From assembly GCF_048593235.1 (NCBI RefSeq), contig NC_133617.1:541736958-541800957 (forward strand): DNA of 64,000 bases, read 5' to 3'. A model generated the notes under the pieces. That model made no database searches. It worked only from the letters and a program-made list of their open reading frames with translations, and was not told the DNA's origin. The position numbers and the translations under genes are program-made. This DNA is from Sminthopsis crassicaudata. Its lineage: Eukaryota. Shown here piece by piece: positions 52,244-64,000 of the stretch (its first letter is position 1; every line of letters starts with the position of its first letter).

Positions 52244-55099
52244 GCAAAAACCCACAACCCTATATTAAAAAAAAAAATTATATAAACTCTCCTCCCTTTC
52301 ATATCTAAAAGATCTTGAGAAGGCTGTCTAACAACTGATGCCTCTTTTCTTTTCAATCTCTTCTTGCCTCTTTACAGTGTGGCTTCTAAATTCATCATTT
52401 ATTTGAAAGAGCTCTTTCCAATGTTATCAATGATCGCTTAATTGCCAAATCAAATGGCATTATCACTAATCAAGATAATTATCATAGCCTTCTAACTGGT
52501 CTACCTGCCTTAAAATCTCTCCAACTTATATTCCCCCTCTGCTGATGGTAAAGTAACTTTTCTAAAGCATAAGCCAGACCAATGTTTCTAATCCATTTCC
52601 CCATATAACCCCCACCCAAACTTCTGCTCAATGAGTTACCTATAGGCTCAAATACAAACTTTCCTAAGGCCCTTTTCTACCTCTGTAGTCTTTTTATACT
52701 TTATGCCCCTTTGTACTTTACAGTTACATGTCACTATTAGCCATTTCATTTCACATCTGTGCCTCTGCAGTGTCCTCCCCCCACCCCTAACATCTCAGGT
52801 TCTCTAGCTTCTTTCAAGACTTAGATCAAGTCCTATTTTCTGCAGGAGGCCTATCTTGGTCTGTTTCCCTTCATCCTTGCCCATCCCAGTTGCCTAGCTT
52901 TTCATCTCAGAATTCCTTCTATCTATTCCGTATAGAACTTGTATGTGCCTATATATTTACATGTTATATACAGCAGGAGCACAAACCATACTTGTTTGCT
53001 GACTGATTACTACCTATGTGTCCTGGTAAAATCACTTCAATTCTTGGGTCTCAGTTATCTCATCTATAAAATGAAAGGCTTGGATTAATTACCTTTTGAA
53101 ATTCCTTACCATTATTGATCTGTAATTTAAATAACAAGGCAAATTTAGGTTATGAGCATATAAAGAATAGAAAACTTCATTTTTCCTCTAAGGTCACTCT
53201 TTGGACTAATTTCCACATAAGCAGTGGCAACTGTCAATTAAAGGAACATTCATACATCTGACAATGACTCCTACAAACTGAAGACTGAAAAAAGGTCATA
53301 GAGATAATTTAAAATATTTAAGAGGATAAAATAATTAGCCTATTTGAAAGCAAATTTAAAATAGAAAAATATACTCTCTACACATAAAAAGTAAGCAACA
53401 GCTTTGGCTAAGATTTATTATGAAAGTTTTCTTTTCTTTCTGAAAGAAATGAACAAACCAAAGAAAATCTTAAATATGTGAAAATGCACTAACCACCTTT
53501 AAAATTTCATTCACTTACAACCACAAGAGCCAGTGCTTTCAGATTTCCTGGTAACCCACCTTTATATGGGGAGCATTTTTTTTTTTACCAGAACCAAATA
53601 GAAAGATTTCAACAATGCACAGATTAGATAATGGAGAAGATATATAACAACCAGCTGTTTAATTTAGAATACTGATAGAAGTAATCAACATCTCACAAAC
53701 CAAAGACATAGATTTTGTGTTTAGAGCCATGGTAAATGTCAAGTGACTAGACTATATCTCTGAATATATAAAATACCTTTGCTGTTTAACTCTCTAAGCA
53801 AAAAAATAGAAAACAAAAAAGGAAGATAAAGAACATCATATCTCAGCTGCAGTGAAATCACCTAGGGGGTTGAAAATGTCTAAAGGTTCTTTTAAAATAT
53901 TAATATAATATCTGTCAAAAATACAGATTCAAAACCTAAAATTTTTTTTAAAAAGTAAAAGAAAAATTGCAATAAGAACTAAAGGCACACATTATGGTAG
54001 ATGGAAAAAAGTAAGAGCTCTGGAGTTAGATGATTACCAATCCCTTCTCTGATTTACATTACTTGTAAGATTTTTTTGGGGAAAAAAAAACAACACTGTT
54101 TTTACATTACTGGTCTTCAGTAGCTTTATCTGTAAAATGTAGGGGGTTGGACCGATAACCTTTAACACATCTTGAGCCCTAAATCTAGGCTATTACCTAT
54201 GATCTCTCTTTTTATGTTTGAACCTATGGTGTCACCAACAGTACTTTCTCAACCAATGCAGATGAGCAGCTATTCTGTAACTTCCAAGTCTTGGAGAGTT
54301 GCCAAAGGCATGAAGAAGTTACAATGACTTACTTATATTCGTCCACATAGTACATATCAGAAGCATGACTTACACCAAGAGCTTTCTGATTCTGAGATAA
54401 GCTCTACCCACAATGCCAAGGTGTCTCTCATCTCATATACTGACAACCAAAAAAATAAAATAAAATTAAGATTGTTTCATATCAAGATAATTCCTTTTTC
54501 AAGAAGAAATGATAAACACCAAGCTTATAACAAATGATAGGGGAGGAACAGAAAGAAATAAAGAATTTTTCAATCAGGAATAATTTTATAATTGAGGGTT
54601 ACTGATCTGTTTAAGCAATATCCTATACCTCACAAATGTAAGTATGTGGAAATGGTAATTGTGAAATGTTAAGATATGAAATTCAAAGAGAGTTCCAGTG
54701 TTTACAGGCAACAACAACTCTAATAAAAGGTGAACATTTCATTTAAAATGGATTATAATTAACATGACTCTTTGCAACATCACTGTAAGTGGAAACTAAT
54801 TAACTAAGTGTTTTTTTAATTGCTAGATATATAAATATACATAAAAAGCAATTTTTTTCTTTTTCATACATAATTCCAAAACTTAAAGACAGAAAGACAT
54901 GAGAAATATTCTATATAAACCACAAATTCCTCATTATATACAATCAGGTCTCTTAAAGACTTCAAATATTATTGAAATGATCATATTTCTAAAATAGAAT
55001 AATACTAAAGCATTATAGTTCTCATTTTATAGAGAAACAAACACAGAGAAATGAAAAACTAAGTTTTTCTTTTATATAGGAGAGCATCTCATATATAAG

Positions 55100-55290
55100 A
55101 AGTAGTTTCAAATAGAAGATGAGACTTGGAATCAGAATGACCTTGAGTTCAAAAATCCTACTTCTGACTCTATTATAACTCTGGTCAAACCTCTCAGTGC
55201 CCAAAGCAACTCTATAAATTGATAGGTTGTAAAGAGTTGCACATATGCATGAGCAGAGGAAGTTTCTCACTGGGAGTTCCTATCAATCAA
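55100..55290 (+). mobile_element. MIR-like SINE
   Basis: ttggaatcagaatgaccttgagttcaaaaatcct head and core. Confidence 0.65.
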
Positions 55291-56565
55291 TCAACAGAAT
55301 TCAGCATGGCAAGCATTACATTAAAAGCCTTATGGACATAAGGAAAAAAGAAAAAGAAAAAAAGAAACATTCTTACACTCAAATTACAGGTCAAGAACAA
55401 AAAGAAATCTCAAAGAAAGAATAAATTTTGATTCATAGTCCATACACAAAACTCATTATAATGTTCAGTATTCAGCACACTAATCTTGTATATATAGACA
55501 CTTTGTGATATATACTACGTTGTATTTTTTTCTCATGACTTTCCAATAAAAGAGGGAAAACTCTTCTTTTGAGCTAATACTGACATGTATTCTAAAAAAA
55601 AAAAACATTTGCTTATAAATGCCTAAACAAGACAACATGTAGAAATCTAACCCCAAACCATTTATTCCTTTTTCCTTCTAATAATCTTTGTTCCTTTCTT
55701 ATATCACCCCCCAATTACTTTCTCTCTGCCTTTTTTTCAGGATGGATCCAATCCTCTTTGTTATTGAATTAAGTCCTATATATCCTTCAAATATAAATTT
55801 TACTTTATTCACAAAGCCTTTTTTGACTTTAGTACTAAGTGATCTACCAATGTTTTCCACAACAACATTAATAAATTATTACACTACTGTGAGGTCAGAT
55901 CACAAAGTACAAAACTTAACAACAGTCTAATACTGCCATTTATTATTTCCAGGATAAGATTTTAAATTCTCAAGCAACAGAAATTTATTTCAAAATATTA
56001 CCAAAGAATAATATTTTATGGAAATAGTAGGAGCTATTAATTATTGTTGATTTATGAATTATTACTTTAAACAACAAATATATAGAAAATAGCAATTGAC
56101 AAGCTAAATATATTCATATTCTATGCCCTCTATATAAAAGGTTACCAACCAATCTGAGTTAAGTGCTAAAATTATAATTAAGCCAGAAGAAATGTCCCAG
56201 ATTTATGACAATATAATTAAAATTTTACTTAACCTAGTTATACAATATAACAAGTATAATGAAATGAATAATCTAAATGATACTGAGAAGTGGGTTTTAT
56301 TGTTTCAAAGTTCTTTTACAAAACACATAATAAGTAATGTAATTAAACCTAAAGGAGACTGCTTTTAAACCTGTGTGATTCAAATTCATTAAAATGCATA
56401 TTTTCTCAATTAATCCAAACCTCCATTAAAAACATTAAAACAAACTCACTTTAGCTCCTGAAAATAAATCTCTATAGCACAAAAATTTCTGATCTATCAA
56501 CAAAAAGCCATTATAATTAAGTAGGAAAAACCATTAAAACAACATCAAGTGATATGAGTTAGAGC

Positions 56566-56749
56566 CAGTGGTCGTCAAGCTTTTTAAATAAGGGGCCAAT
56601 TCACAGACTGTTGGAGGGCCGGACTATAGTAAAAACAGAAGCTCACACTCTGTTTCTACCCCTCAGCCCATTTGCCGTAACCTAGCAGACCACATAAACG
56701 TCCTCAGTGGGCTGCATCTGGCCTGCCAGCCATAGTTTGAGAATCTTTG
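56566..56749 (+). mobile_element. hAT-family MITE (OC1/OposCharlie-like)
   Basis: Degenerate TIRs CAGTGGTCGTCAAGCT and AGTTTGAGAATCTTTG. The internal gactgttggagggccggactatag is typical of this family. The flanks contain a near 8-bp duplication (AGTTAGAG / AGTTAGAC, offset by one base). Confidence 0.8.
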
Positions 56750-58353
56750 AGTTAGACCAAGGTAGAAATAAAAGTCAGAGTGAGGTCTAGATACTATTTT
56801 ATTTGTCAATTAGCCAGCTATGACATTAGCAATTGAATATATAATTTTAGCTCCCTAAAATACTTATTATTTAAAAGTAACTTAAGACCTCAGCAATTCT
56901 TACAACCAATCTGTGAGCATAACATACAACAACATTTAAATATATAAAAAAACCATAGATGAAAAAGTCATTCATTGTTGAACAAAATTCTCTTTACATA
57001 TCAAATCACTATTAAAATGCTATTTAATAAATTTTAGTACATGTTTACCATTTTAAAATGTCATCATAAAGCACAATACTTATAATTTTGTATTTTTTAT
57101 TTAATCCTGTATTAAAATAATCTTACTTAGGAATCTCAGATTCAAATTATCTGAAATTGTTATATTTTACCTGAAATGTTTAGTATTTAAATGAGGTGTG
57201 AGGCAGCTCAAACAATACATTAAATTTTGTTTTGAATTTTTTTTTTTTTGGTCCAGAGCTGAACTTGTGATGTGGAACTTCCCTTTAACAATATAGAACG
57301 AGTAACTTGTAACTTTTAGAAAGCATCCTAAAGCACTTAAAAGTTAACTATAGTTGATTATGATTGAGCAGCTAATATGCTGTGATTTAAAGTCAAAGGC
57401 AAGACTTGAAGACCTGAAGCCAAAGCTTTCCTTAAATTCTGGCTCTCTAAAATATTCTTTAAAAACTGGCTCTCTATTAACAAAATAATGCTGCCTCTTG
57501 TCTATATTCACAGTTTAGTTGGATAGAGAAATAAAATCTGAATGTATCACAACTAAACAAAAATATTATTGCTATTTTATTTATACAGTTAATTTAAGAA
57601 GTAAAATCAAGGAAGATCTTGTTTTTAAGGAGCATTCAGCCTCCTGAGTTTTCTGACATTTAACAGATCTTAAGATCAAGAGGTTATTTCTGAAAACAAT
57701 GTCACTTTTCCATTTAAATGTGTTAATTTTAACTTGATAGCATTTCAACATTTTTGAGGGGAAAAGGTTAAAAAAATTGTTTTCTGAAGAAATTTTTTAA
57801 TATTAGGTAGGACAGAAGAAAATCTTTAAATTCCTAAGCAAAAATTTCTTTTTCCCCAGGTAAAAAGTATACTTGAATCAGACTTATCTCCTTAGACTGC
57901 TCTGCTGTTATATCATTTTTGGGGAAGTTTTCTCCACTTCATACACTTTCCACAAATCATACTATTGCCTTTTCATTTATTTTTCAAAAAAAAAGTTATA
58001 GAAAGAACAAAAGAAAAAGCACTTGAAGAAGCATAATATACACAACTATTTGCATCACTTTTTCTGAATCACTCTATCACAGTTTCTTCATAACAAATCT
58101 ATAGCAAAATCAGCTTACTCAAGCTCTAAGAACACTGATCCTGCAGCAAACAACCAACCTTCAGCTTATCTTGAACCAAAAGTTCAAGTTATTTTTATTT
58201 CCACACAATATGGGCAGATGGGGACAATACAATGCTCTGCAAATAATTTTAAAATATTGTAATCTTTTCAACACATAAATTAATACAACACAATGGATGG
58301 TCATAAACTATGTTTTCTACAATAAACTGTTTTTAAGATGTTAAAATGGTTAC

Positions 58354-58484
58354 CTGTCATTAATGATCCAGTTCAGGCAGAGATTGAGGGAGCTAAGATT
58401 TTTGCACCTCTTGACTATTTCCATCACAGTTTCATTATCCAGTTCAGTGATGTGACGTAAATCCAAACTGGAAAGGTTTCTTAA
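58354..58484 (-). CDS. FBXL17: Internal coding exon of F-box/LRR-repeat protein 17 (LRR region)
   Basis: The minus strand reads ...ttgtctcattAG | 131 nt | GTaacc. It translates from phase 0 as LRNLSSLDLRHITELDNETVMEIVKRCKNLSSLNLCLNWIINDR, with the last codon split AG|N. I recognise this as the FBXL17 LRR peptide from memory of the human protein. It is missed by the ORF track because it is a spliced exon. Confidence 0.95.
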
Positions 58485-58939
58485 CTAATGAGACAAATAA
58501 AATAAAGGAGAAAGAGTTGAAAAGTAAGGGCCTTTTGGTCCTATACCCTAATTAAACAATCTACTTTACATTATAAATTAGAAAGATTAATTTTACAATC
58601 TTTGATGATTAAAATGAAACATTAATGACAACAAATGGAAACCTCTAGTCATTATTACAAGAATAAATTATGTAACATTATAAACAACTGCAATAATTGT
58701 AAAGACTACAAATCTCTTAAGCCTTAAAGAAATTTTATCTATAGTACTTTAACAATCATACCTTAAGTTTTCTCATTTTTGAATAACTGTCACTCTAACT
58801 TCAAGTTAAAATGGCAGTTTTAAACTTTATAAAGGAGTCTAATTCAGATAGACACACAGACAACTGTGGATACAAGTACAAAGAAATAAACAATGTTATG
58901 CTCAAAGATCTTACATTTATGGGGGTGACAACAGCATAC

Positions 58940-59800
58940 ATAGTTATAAACAAAGTAATTATGAAGAAAATGATTGCGAAGTCAATAAATAAGGTGTTTG
59001 GAGAGAAAGGGCAGATTAGAAAAGGATTCATGCAAAAAGTCCCTGACCTGAGTTTTGAAGAGAGATTCTAAAACGGAGATGAGAAAAGACAGCATTTCAA
59101 CTGTGAAGGACAGGAAGAGCAAAAACTGAGATGGAAAATAAGGTGTCATATGTGAGAAGCATCAAGAAAGCCAGTTAAGCTAAGCTCCAGCTTGTGGGAA
59201 GAGGAATCATGTGCAATAAGGCTGAAAGATAAGTTCAGGCCTAATCATAAAGATGTTTATGGAGATCCTTGAGAAGAAGATGACATTATCAGAACTACAT
59301 TAGTAAAAAATCACTTTTGCAGCAATGTGCAAGATGAACCTGGGGAGAGGAGACAAGTTTTGTGGTAGGGAGTACATACACTGAGGAGGCCACTGAAATG
59401 GAGGAGAGGAGGAATGGTGCAGATTATAATCAACCCAACTAAAGAGGGCTAGAAGTAGAAGATATTACAGATGTAGAAGGCAAGATTAAGAAATTGACTG
59501 CACTGTGGGGTAAGGGAGAAGTTTAGGACAAAGAAGACAGTAAGAAAGGTTAGATCCAATCTATAAAAAACTTTCAAAATTATTGCCGAATTGAATAGGG
59601 AAGTAACATAGTCTGACATGCACTTAAGGAAAATCATTTGGACATCACTATAAAGAAAGATTTGAGGCAAGGAGACCAATTAGGAAGTCTTTTCAATAAT
59701 AAAACCAAAAGGTTATGAAGGCATGACCTAAAGTGATAGATAGGAGAATAGAGAGAAGGGATTGGATATGAAAGGTACTGTGAAGGTAGAAAGAAGACTT
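58940..59800 (-). mobile_element. Old L2 fragment
   Basis: Purine-rich antisense L2-like sequence. Confidence 0.55.
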
Positions 59801-60399
59801 GTCCACTAATTAGAATAAGGGGTATATTTCAACTTTATATTCTAGCAAGAATCTAAAAAAAAAAAAAAGGTATCAGATAAAATGATGATTACAAAATCCA
59901 AAAAGAAGTATTAACAAGCTCTTTCATTTGGTGGCCAGGACAACACAAAAGATAGTCAGAAATCAGAAGCAATGGAAGAAATGTCGAAAAGAAGTTCCTC
60001 TCTAGACAAGGCAAGTGAAGCTGGACATCTGCAGCCAGGCATAGGTCAGTAACACCTGACAGCCATGAGGCATGGGGTGAGAAGAGAGAAACCTACAGGA
60101 AGATGGGGATAGGCAGGAATGCAATGCAGTAGAAAGAATAAAAAAGATTATTCCAAGAGATTCAGCCACTCAGAGATCTCTATTCTAGAATACTGAAGCC
60201 TGAAGACACACTGAGCACAGAAGTCATCAAAAGAGGTGGAAAGCAGAACCAAGAGCTAAGGACATGGAGGTCAGGTCCAAATAACTCTTTATCTTCCCAT
60301 CCAGGAGGACAGAAAAAGTCAGCTCAATATTTATACAATATACCACAAAAAATCCAAAAGGGTACATAAAAGGTACTGTTATAAACAAATTAGATGAAG

Positions 60400-62420
60400 C
60401 AATACTTGTTTCACTACTATGGATATGAAAAGAGTTTATGATTAAACAAAACAGAGAATTAAGAAGATAAAATAATTCTGTCTAAATAAAATTAAATAGT
60501 TTTTGCACAAACAAAACCAATGCAGTTAAACCCAAAAAAGTAATAGTTAATTCAAAATATCTAGGCAGTATAGTTCTGTGATAAAAGTCTGGCTTAAATT
60601 TATAATTTTTATAATCATTCCCCAATAAATAAATGGTCAAAGGATATAAAGTCAGCTTTCAAAGGAAAAAAAAAAAAATGAAGATTTCAACAACCAATGG
60701 AAAAAATTGTTCAAAGTCACTAATTATTAGAGAAGAGCAAACTAAAACAATACTGAAATTTTACTTTATACTCATTAGAATGTCAAAGACTGCAAAAAAG
60801 GAAAATAATAATTGCTGGAAAGAATGTGGGGAAAAATAAGCCCAACATTGTTAGTATAACCACAAATACCCTAGAAAGCAATTTAAACCTATCTAAAAAT
60901 TACTAAATCATGTATACCCTTTAACTTAATGAAACTACTAATAGAGGCATATACTCCAAAGAGATGAAAGAGGGAAAAGGTGCAAAATACTTTGCAAATA
61001 TTAAATTACTATATAAATGTTAAATATCATAATCATCATCATCATTACTATAAGAGTGGGCAGGGTCAGCTCAGACAATTAACTTACTCCACTTAAGGTG
61101 AGTGATAAGATGTTTATAACCTTATACATCTCTCAGGTGAAAATACATTTTGATGAAGTTTGAACATGGCCTAGATAGGGGCAACAGGAATTTTGTTCAC
61201 ATTGTATGAAGGAATTAATCATGCCTTCTGGGACTTGGGTAAAATCATCTACCTACTTAGAATCAGAGATTTAACTGCCTGGCAACAAAAAGGAGAAAAC
61301 ATTTCAGCTAAATCCTTGAAAAGAAATTGATTAAGAGTTAGGGATCAAGCAGGGAAAGTAGAAAAAGCACCAGGCCTCAGTTTTGGTCTCTGTCTCTTCC
61401 TTTTTTCATTGGCTTCAGAGAGTTTAGACTTTTGTTCCTTGGCATCCTAGCAGAATCGCCAAGAATGGCTGACAGCAATTTCATTACTGGTGGTTTATGA
61501 TACAATGGCTTGGATAAGAAAAATAGATTTGAGTCTCTATGTAGAGCACCGAAGAAAAACTATCCCATACCTAAAGAGAATGTCCTGACAACTCTAACAA
61601 AGGAATTTCCAGGAGTTCCGAATTAATCCTTTAGCATATGTCCTCTATTAACTTAAGTCCACTTTCCTTTTCATTCTGTATGTACCTTTAGGAAAGAGTA
61701 TCACAAACATTTAGGGAGACTGTTTTATACCAACTGTATAGCCTTTCTAAAACTAAACTTGACTATTCAAGTGATATCAACTGATAATCATGGTGGAAAG
61801 ATCAATAGTGGAAATTCATGAGCTATATAAAGCCTAAGAAAGATGGTCCACAACCACTTGGGACTACCTACTCCTGAAAACCAAAAGGACTAAGTAGCAG
61901 TTGACTTCCTGGGAACCTAAGTGCCAATGTTTAAGTAAGGAGATTAGGTTAAGTACCCTCAAAGCTTACCTGTAATAAATTACTCTAACACTTTTTTGTC
62001 ATAAAAAAAAAATCTATAAACCAATGAAGCAGCTATCCATTTCAGAATAACCAAAGAAATTAGAGCATATGAATGTAATGGAATGTTACTGTAGTGTAAG
62101 AAATTTTTTTAAAAGAAATGGATGAGAGGAGAGGAACAGCTATGCTCTTTTCCCTCCCCTGGGGGGGGGGGGAACAGAAAGAAAGAAAGAACAACTATCA
62201 CTGAAGTTTGTAAGGAAAGAGCAGAGAAGATATACAAAGGAGGCTAAGAGGGCAATACGAATTAAAGAGACAACTTTGGAATACACTGAATTAAGTATAA
62301 ATATCTCTATATAAAGAGATTTATGGTTTTCACATTCAATATTCCAGAAATTTTTTTTTTGGTGCTTATCAAATTTGGATCAAGGATTTAATTAAAATGC
62401 TATGTAGTAAAAAAATAAAA
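60400..62420 (+). mobile_element. Old LINE-1 3' region interrupted by a probable LTR
   Basis: ORF2 C-terminal remnants at 60400-61020 resume after 61990. Confidence 0.55.
61049..61990 (+). mobile_element. Probable old solo LTR
   Basis: It is a non-L1 block ending ...AATAAATTACTCTAACA. No TSD is visible. Confidence 0.4.
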
Positions 62421-63639
62421 TTCTGTGAATTCTATAAATTTTTACATTCAGACTAATAATTGGGCACAACATATTTTCCTATATGAATATATTGCTTCCG
62501 TTATATAGTAATAGGTTGATAATAATTAATAAATGCTAACATTAAAGATTTGCAAAGTATTTTATATAGATCAACACATTTGACCTTTACAGGTCAAAAT
62601 GTACAAATGAAAGAAATACTTTTATTATTTCCTTTTAGAGAGGTGGAAACTATGCCTTAAGATTGCTTATGATTGCAAATGTAACTATGGGTGAAGCAGA
62701 ATGAACCCAAGCCTTCTTAACTGCCAGATGCAGCATTCTCTCTCTATCTCATGCTGCTTTTCTATATATTTGCATCTGCAAATAACACCAAATCAGGGGA
62801 AAATTTTAAATCAGCCAGACTTACCTCTGACAGGCTCTTTCACCTCTCATTTAAATTGAAAAAATAAAAATCTCATTTATTAAAAAAAATTAAGAACCTT
62901 AGGTATTACTTTTCTTATGAGGATTTACATTTATTTATAAAGCAAAATTAATTAGTGCAAGCCAAAATAATGAATTATTAATGGTGGAATAAGAATCATC
63001 AATGCAGGAGGTACTTGGATTAGGTGATTGGAATAGCCCTCAAAAAATATCATATTGTATAAATCCTTGTGTACCCAAACTTCAGTCATACCTTTCAAAT
63101 CATCATAAATTATATAATCTTAAGAATTGTGACTTTAAGTATCATTTATGCAGTTCACTTATTTTACAGATGAGAAAATTGAGGCCCAGAGATGTTGTGT
63201 CCAATGGGAAATAAAGTTTTGGCATTTGATCAGATGAGAACCCAGGTCTTCATTTTCGTAGTCCACTGCTTTCTCCATTATCCCAGTTATTTTGCCTAAA
63301 TTATCCATATAATTTGCATTAATTTAACATTTCATTTTGCGAATGACAATAATGATCATCAAATTGCATAAGGTTAAAGCAACAAGAAATATTAAAAGTA
63401 TAAAGCATGGCATAATAGAGACTGTGTTAAATATAGAATCTAACTACTGATATTAGCTTTATGATCAAAGAAAAGTCACCAACATTTTTATCACCTTTAA
63501 AGTAAAGATAATAAAACCTAAAGTCTGTACCTTTGGAACATCTATCTTAGACCTTGGTTGATGACTTAATGCAAACTTTCCTACCTCTAGACCAGATCAA
63601 AGTATAATTCACAATCCATACAGCTATTAATCCAGATCA

Positions 63640-63840
63640 TCTTGGCAACCAAATGGCACACTAAATAGAATCCCTATCTTGAAGTCAAGAAGATCTAAGT
63701 TTAAAACCAATCTTAAATATTCACTAGCTGTGACCTCAATCAAGTCACTACAAAATGCTTATAATAATAGTACCTAACTCCCAGAGCTGCTGTGAGAATC
63801 ATATATTTACAAAGATCCATAGATATCTGTACATCATTTG
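63640..63840 (+). mobile_element. MIR-like SINE
   Basis: aagtcaagaagatctaagttt...ctagctgtgacctcaatcaagtcac...ataatagtacctaactccc. Confidence 0.7.
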
Positions 63841-64000
63841 TAGATAAAGCTACATCATATATTTGTAAAAGTATATAACATATAAAGATACATCGTTCAT
63901 ATATAAAGGCATATACCTTTATATATAACATAGCATATGTGCTCAGTATTTAGCATAAAACATAGTAGGTGCTCTTTGTTTTCATCTCTTTTATCTGTCT

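Larger units (their letters stand above)
46700..52990 (+). mobile_element. Old L2 element hosting the LTR at 47239 and the provirus at 48029
   Basis: Pyrimidine-rich L2-like coding remnant continuing on both sides of the inserts and ending in an L2-like tail. Confidence 0.6.
1..58353 (-). other. FBXL17: FBXL17 intron downstream of the exon (continues beyond the window)
   Basis: The GT donor is at 58353-58352. I did not find the next expected exon (CVEVIAKEG...) in the window, which fits the very large introns known for this gene. Confidence 0.8.
58485..64000 (-). other. FBXL17: FBXL17 intron upstream of the exon
   Basis: The AG acceptor is at 58486-58485 with an upstream pyrimidine tract. 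No further FBXL17-like peptide was recognised. Confidence 0.8.

Noticed and set aside
53777-53863. Possible cryptic exon (ccctAG ... aaagGTattt, minus strand)
   Set aside because: The donor is weak and there is no other support.
62820-62850. Strong minus-strand donor AG|GTAAGT suggesting a micro-exon
   Set aside because: There is no convincing acceptor or pyrimidine tract at a suitable distance, and such motifs occur by chance.
1-64000. CRISPR arrays, prokaryotic operons, rRNA/tRNA genes, NUMTs
   Set aside because: None was seen. The tRNA-like sequences are SINE heads or retroviral PBSs, and the direct repeats are simple duplications without spacers.

Overview
This is AT-rich, repeat-dense mammalian genomic DNA, most likely marsupial and possibly dasyurid, judging by the WSINE1-like SINEs, marsupial-type L1 3' ends, an RTE-like fragment and an OC1-like hAT MITE. 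It has two assembly gaps. The only host coding sequence I can support is one 131-nt internal exon of FBXL17 on the minus strand (58354-58484), which encodes leucine-rich repeats. The rest is intron. It contains L1, L2 and MIR copies, a deleted betaretrovirus-like (ERV-K class) provirus (48029-51417) with three further copies of its LTR family, other solo LTRs, and repeat-poor stretches with candidate regulatory motifs. I found no convincing new multi-gene system. The most unusual observations are: an LTR-less gag fragment inside an L1 3' end; an LTR+PBS+41-bp stub flanked by a perfect TSD; a provirus whose two LTRs differ in the middle despite a shared TSD; a fold-back hairpin at an L1 5' junction; and a candidate poison exon for FBXL17. 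Repeat family names come from pattern recognition, not a database search, and boundaries without a TSD are approximate.
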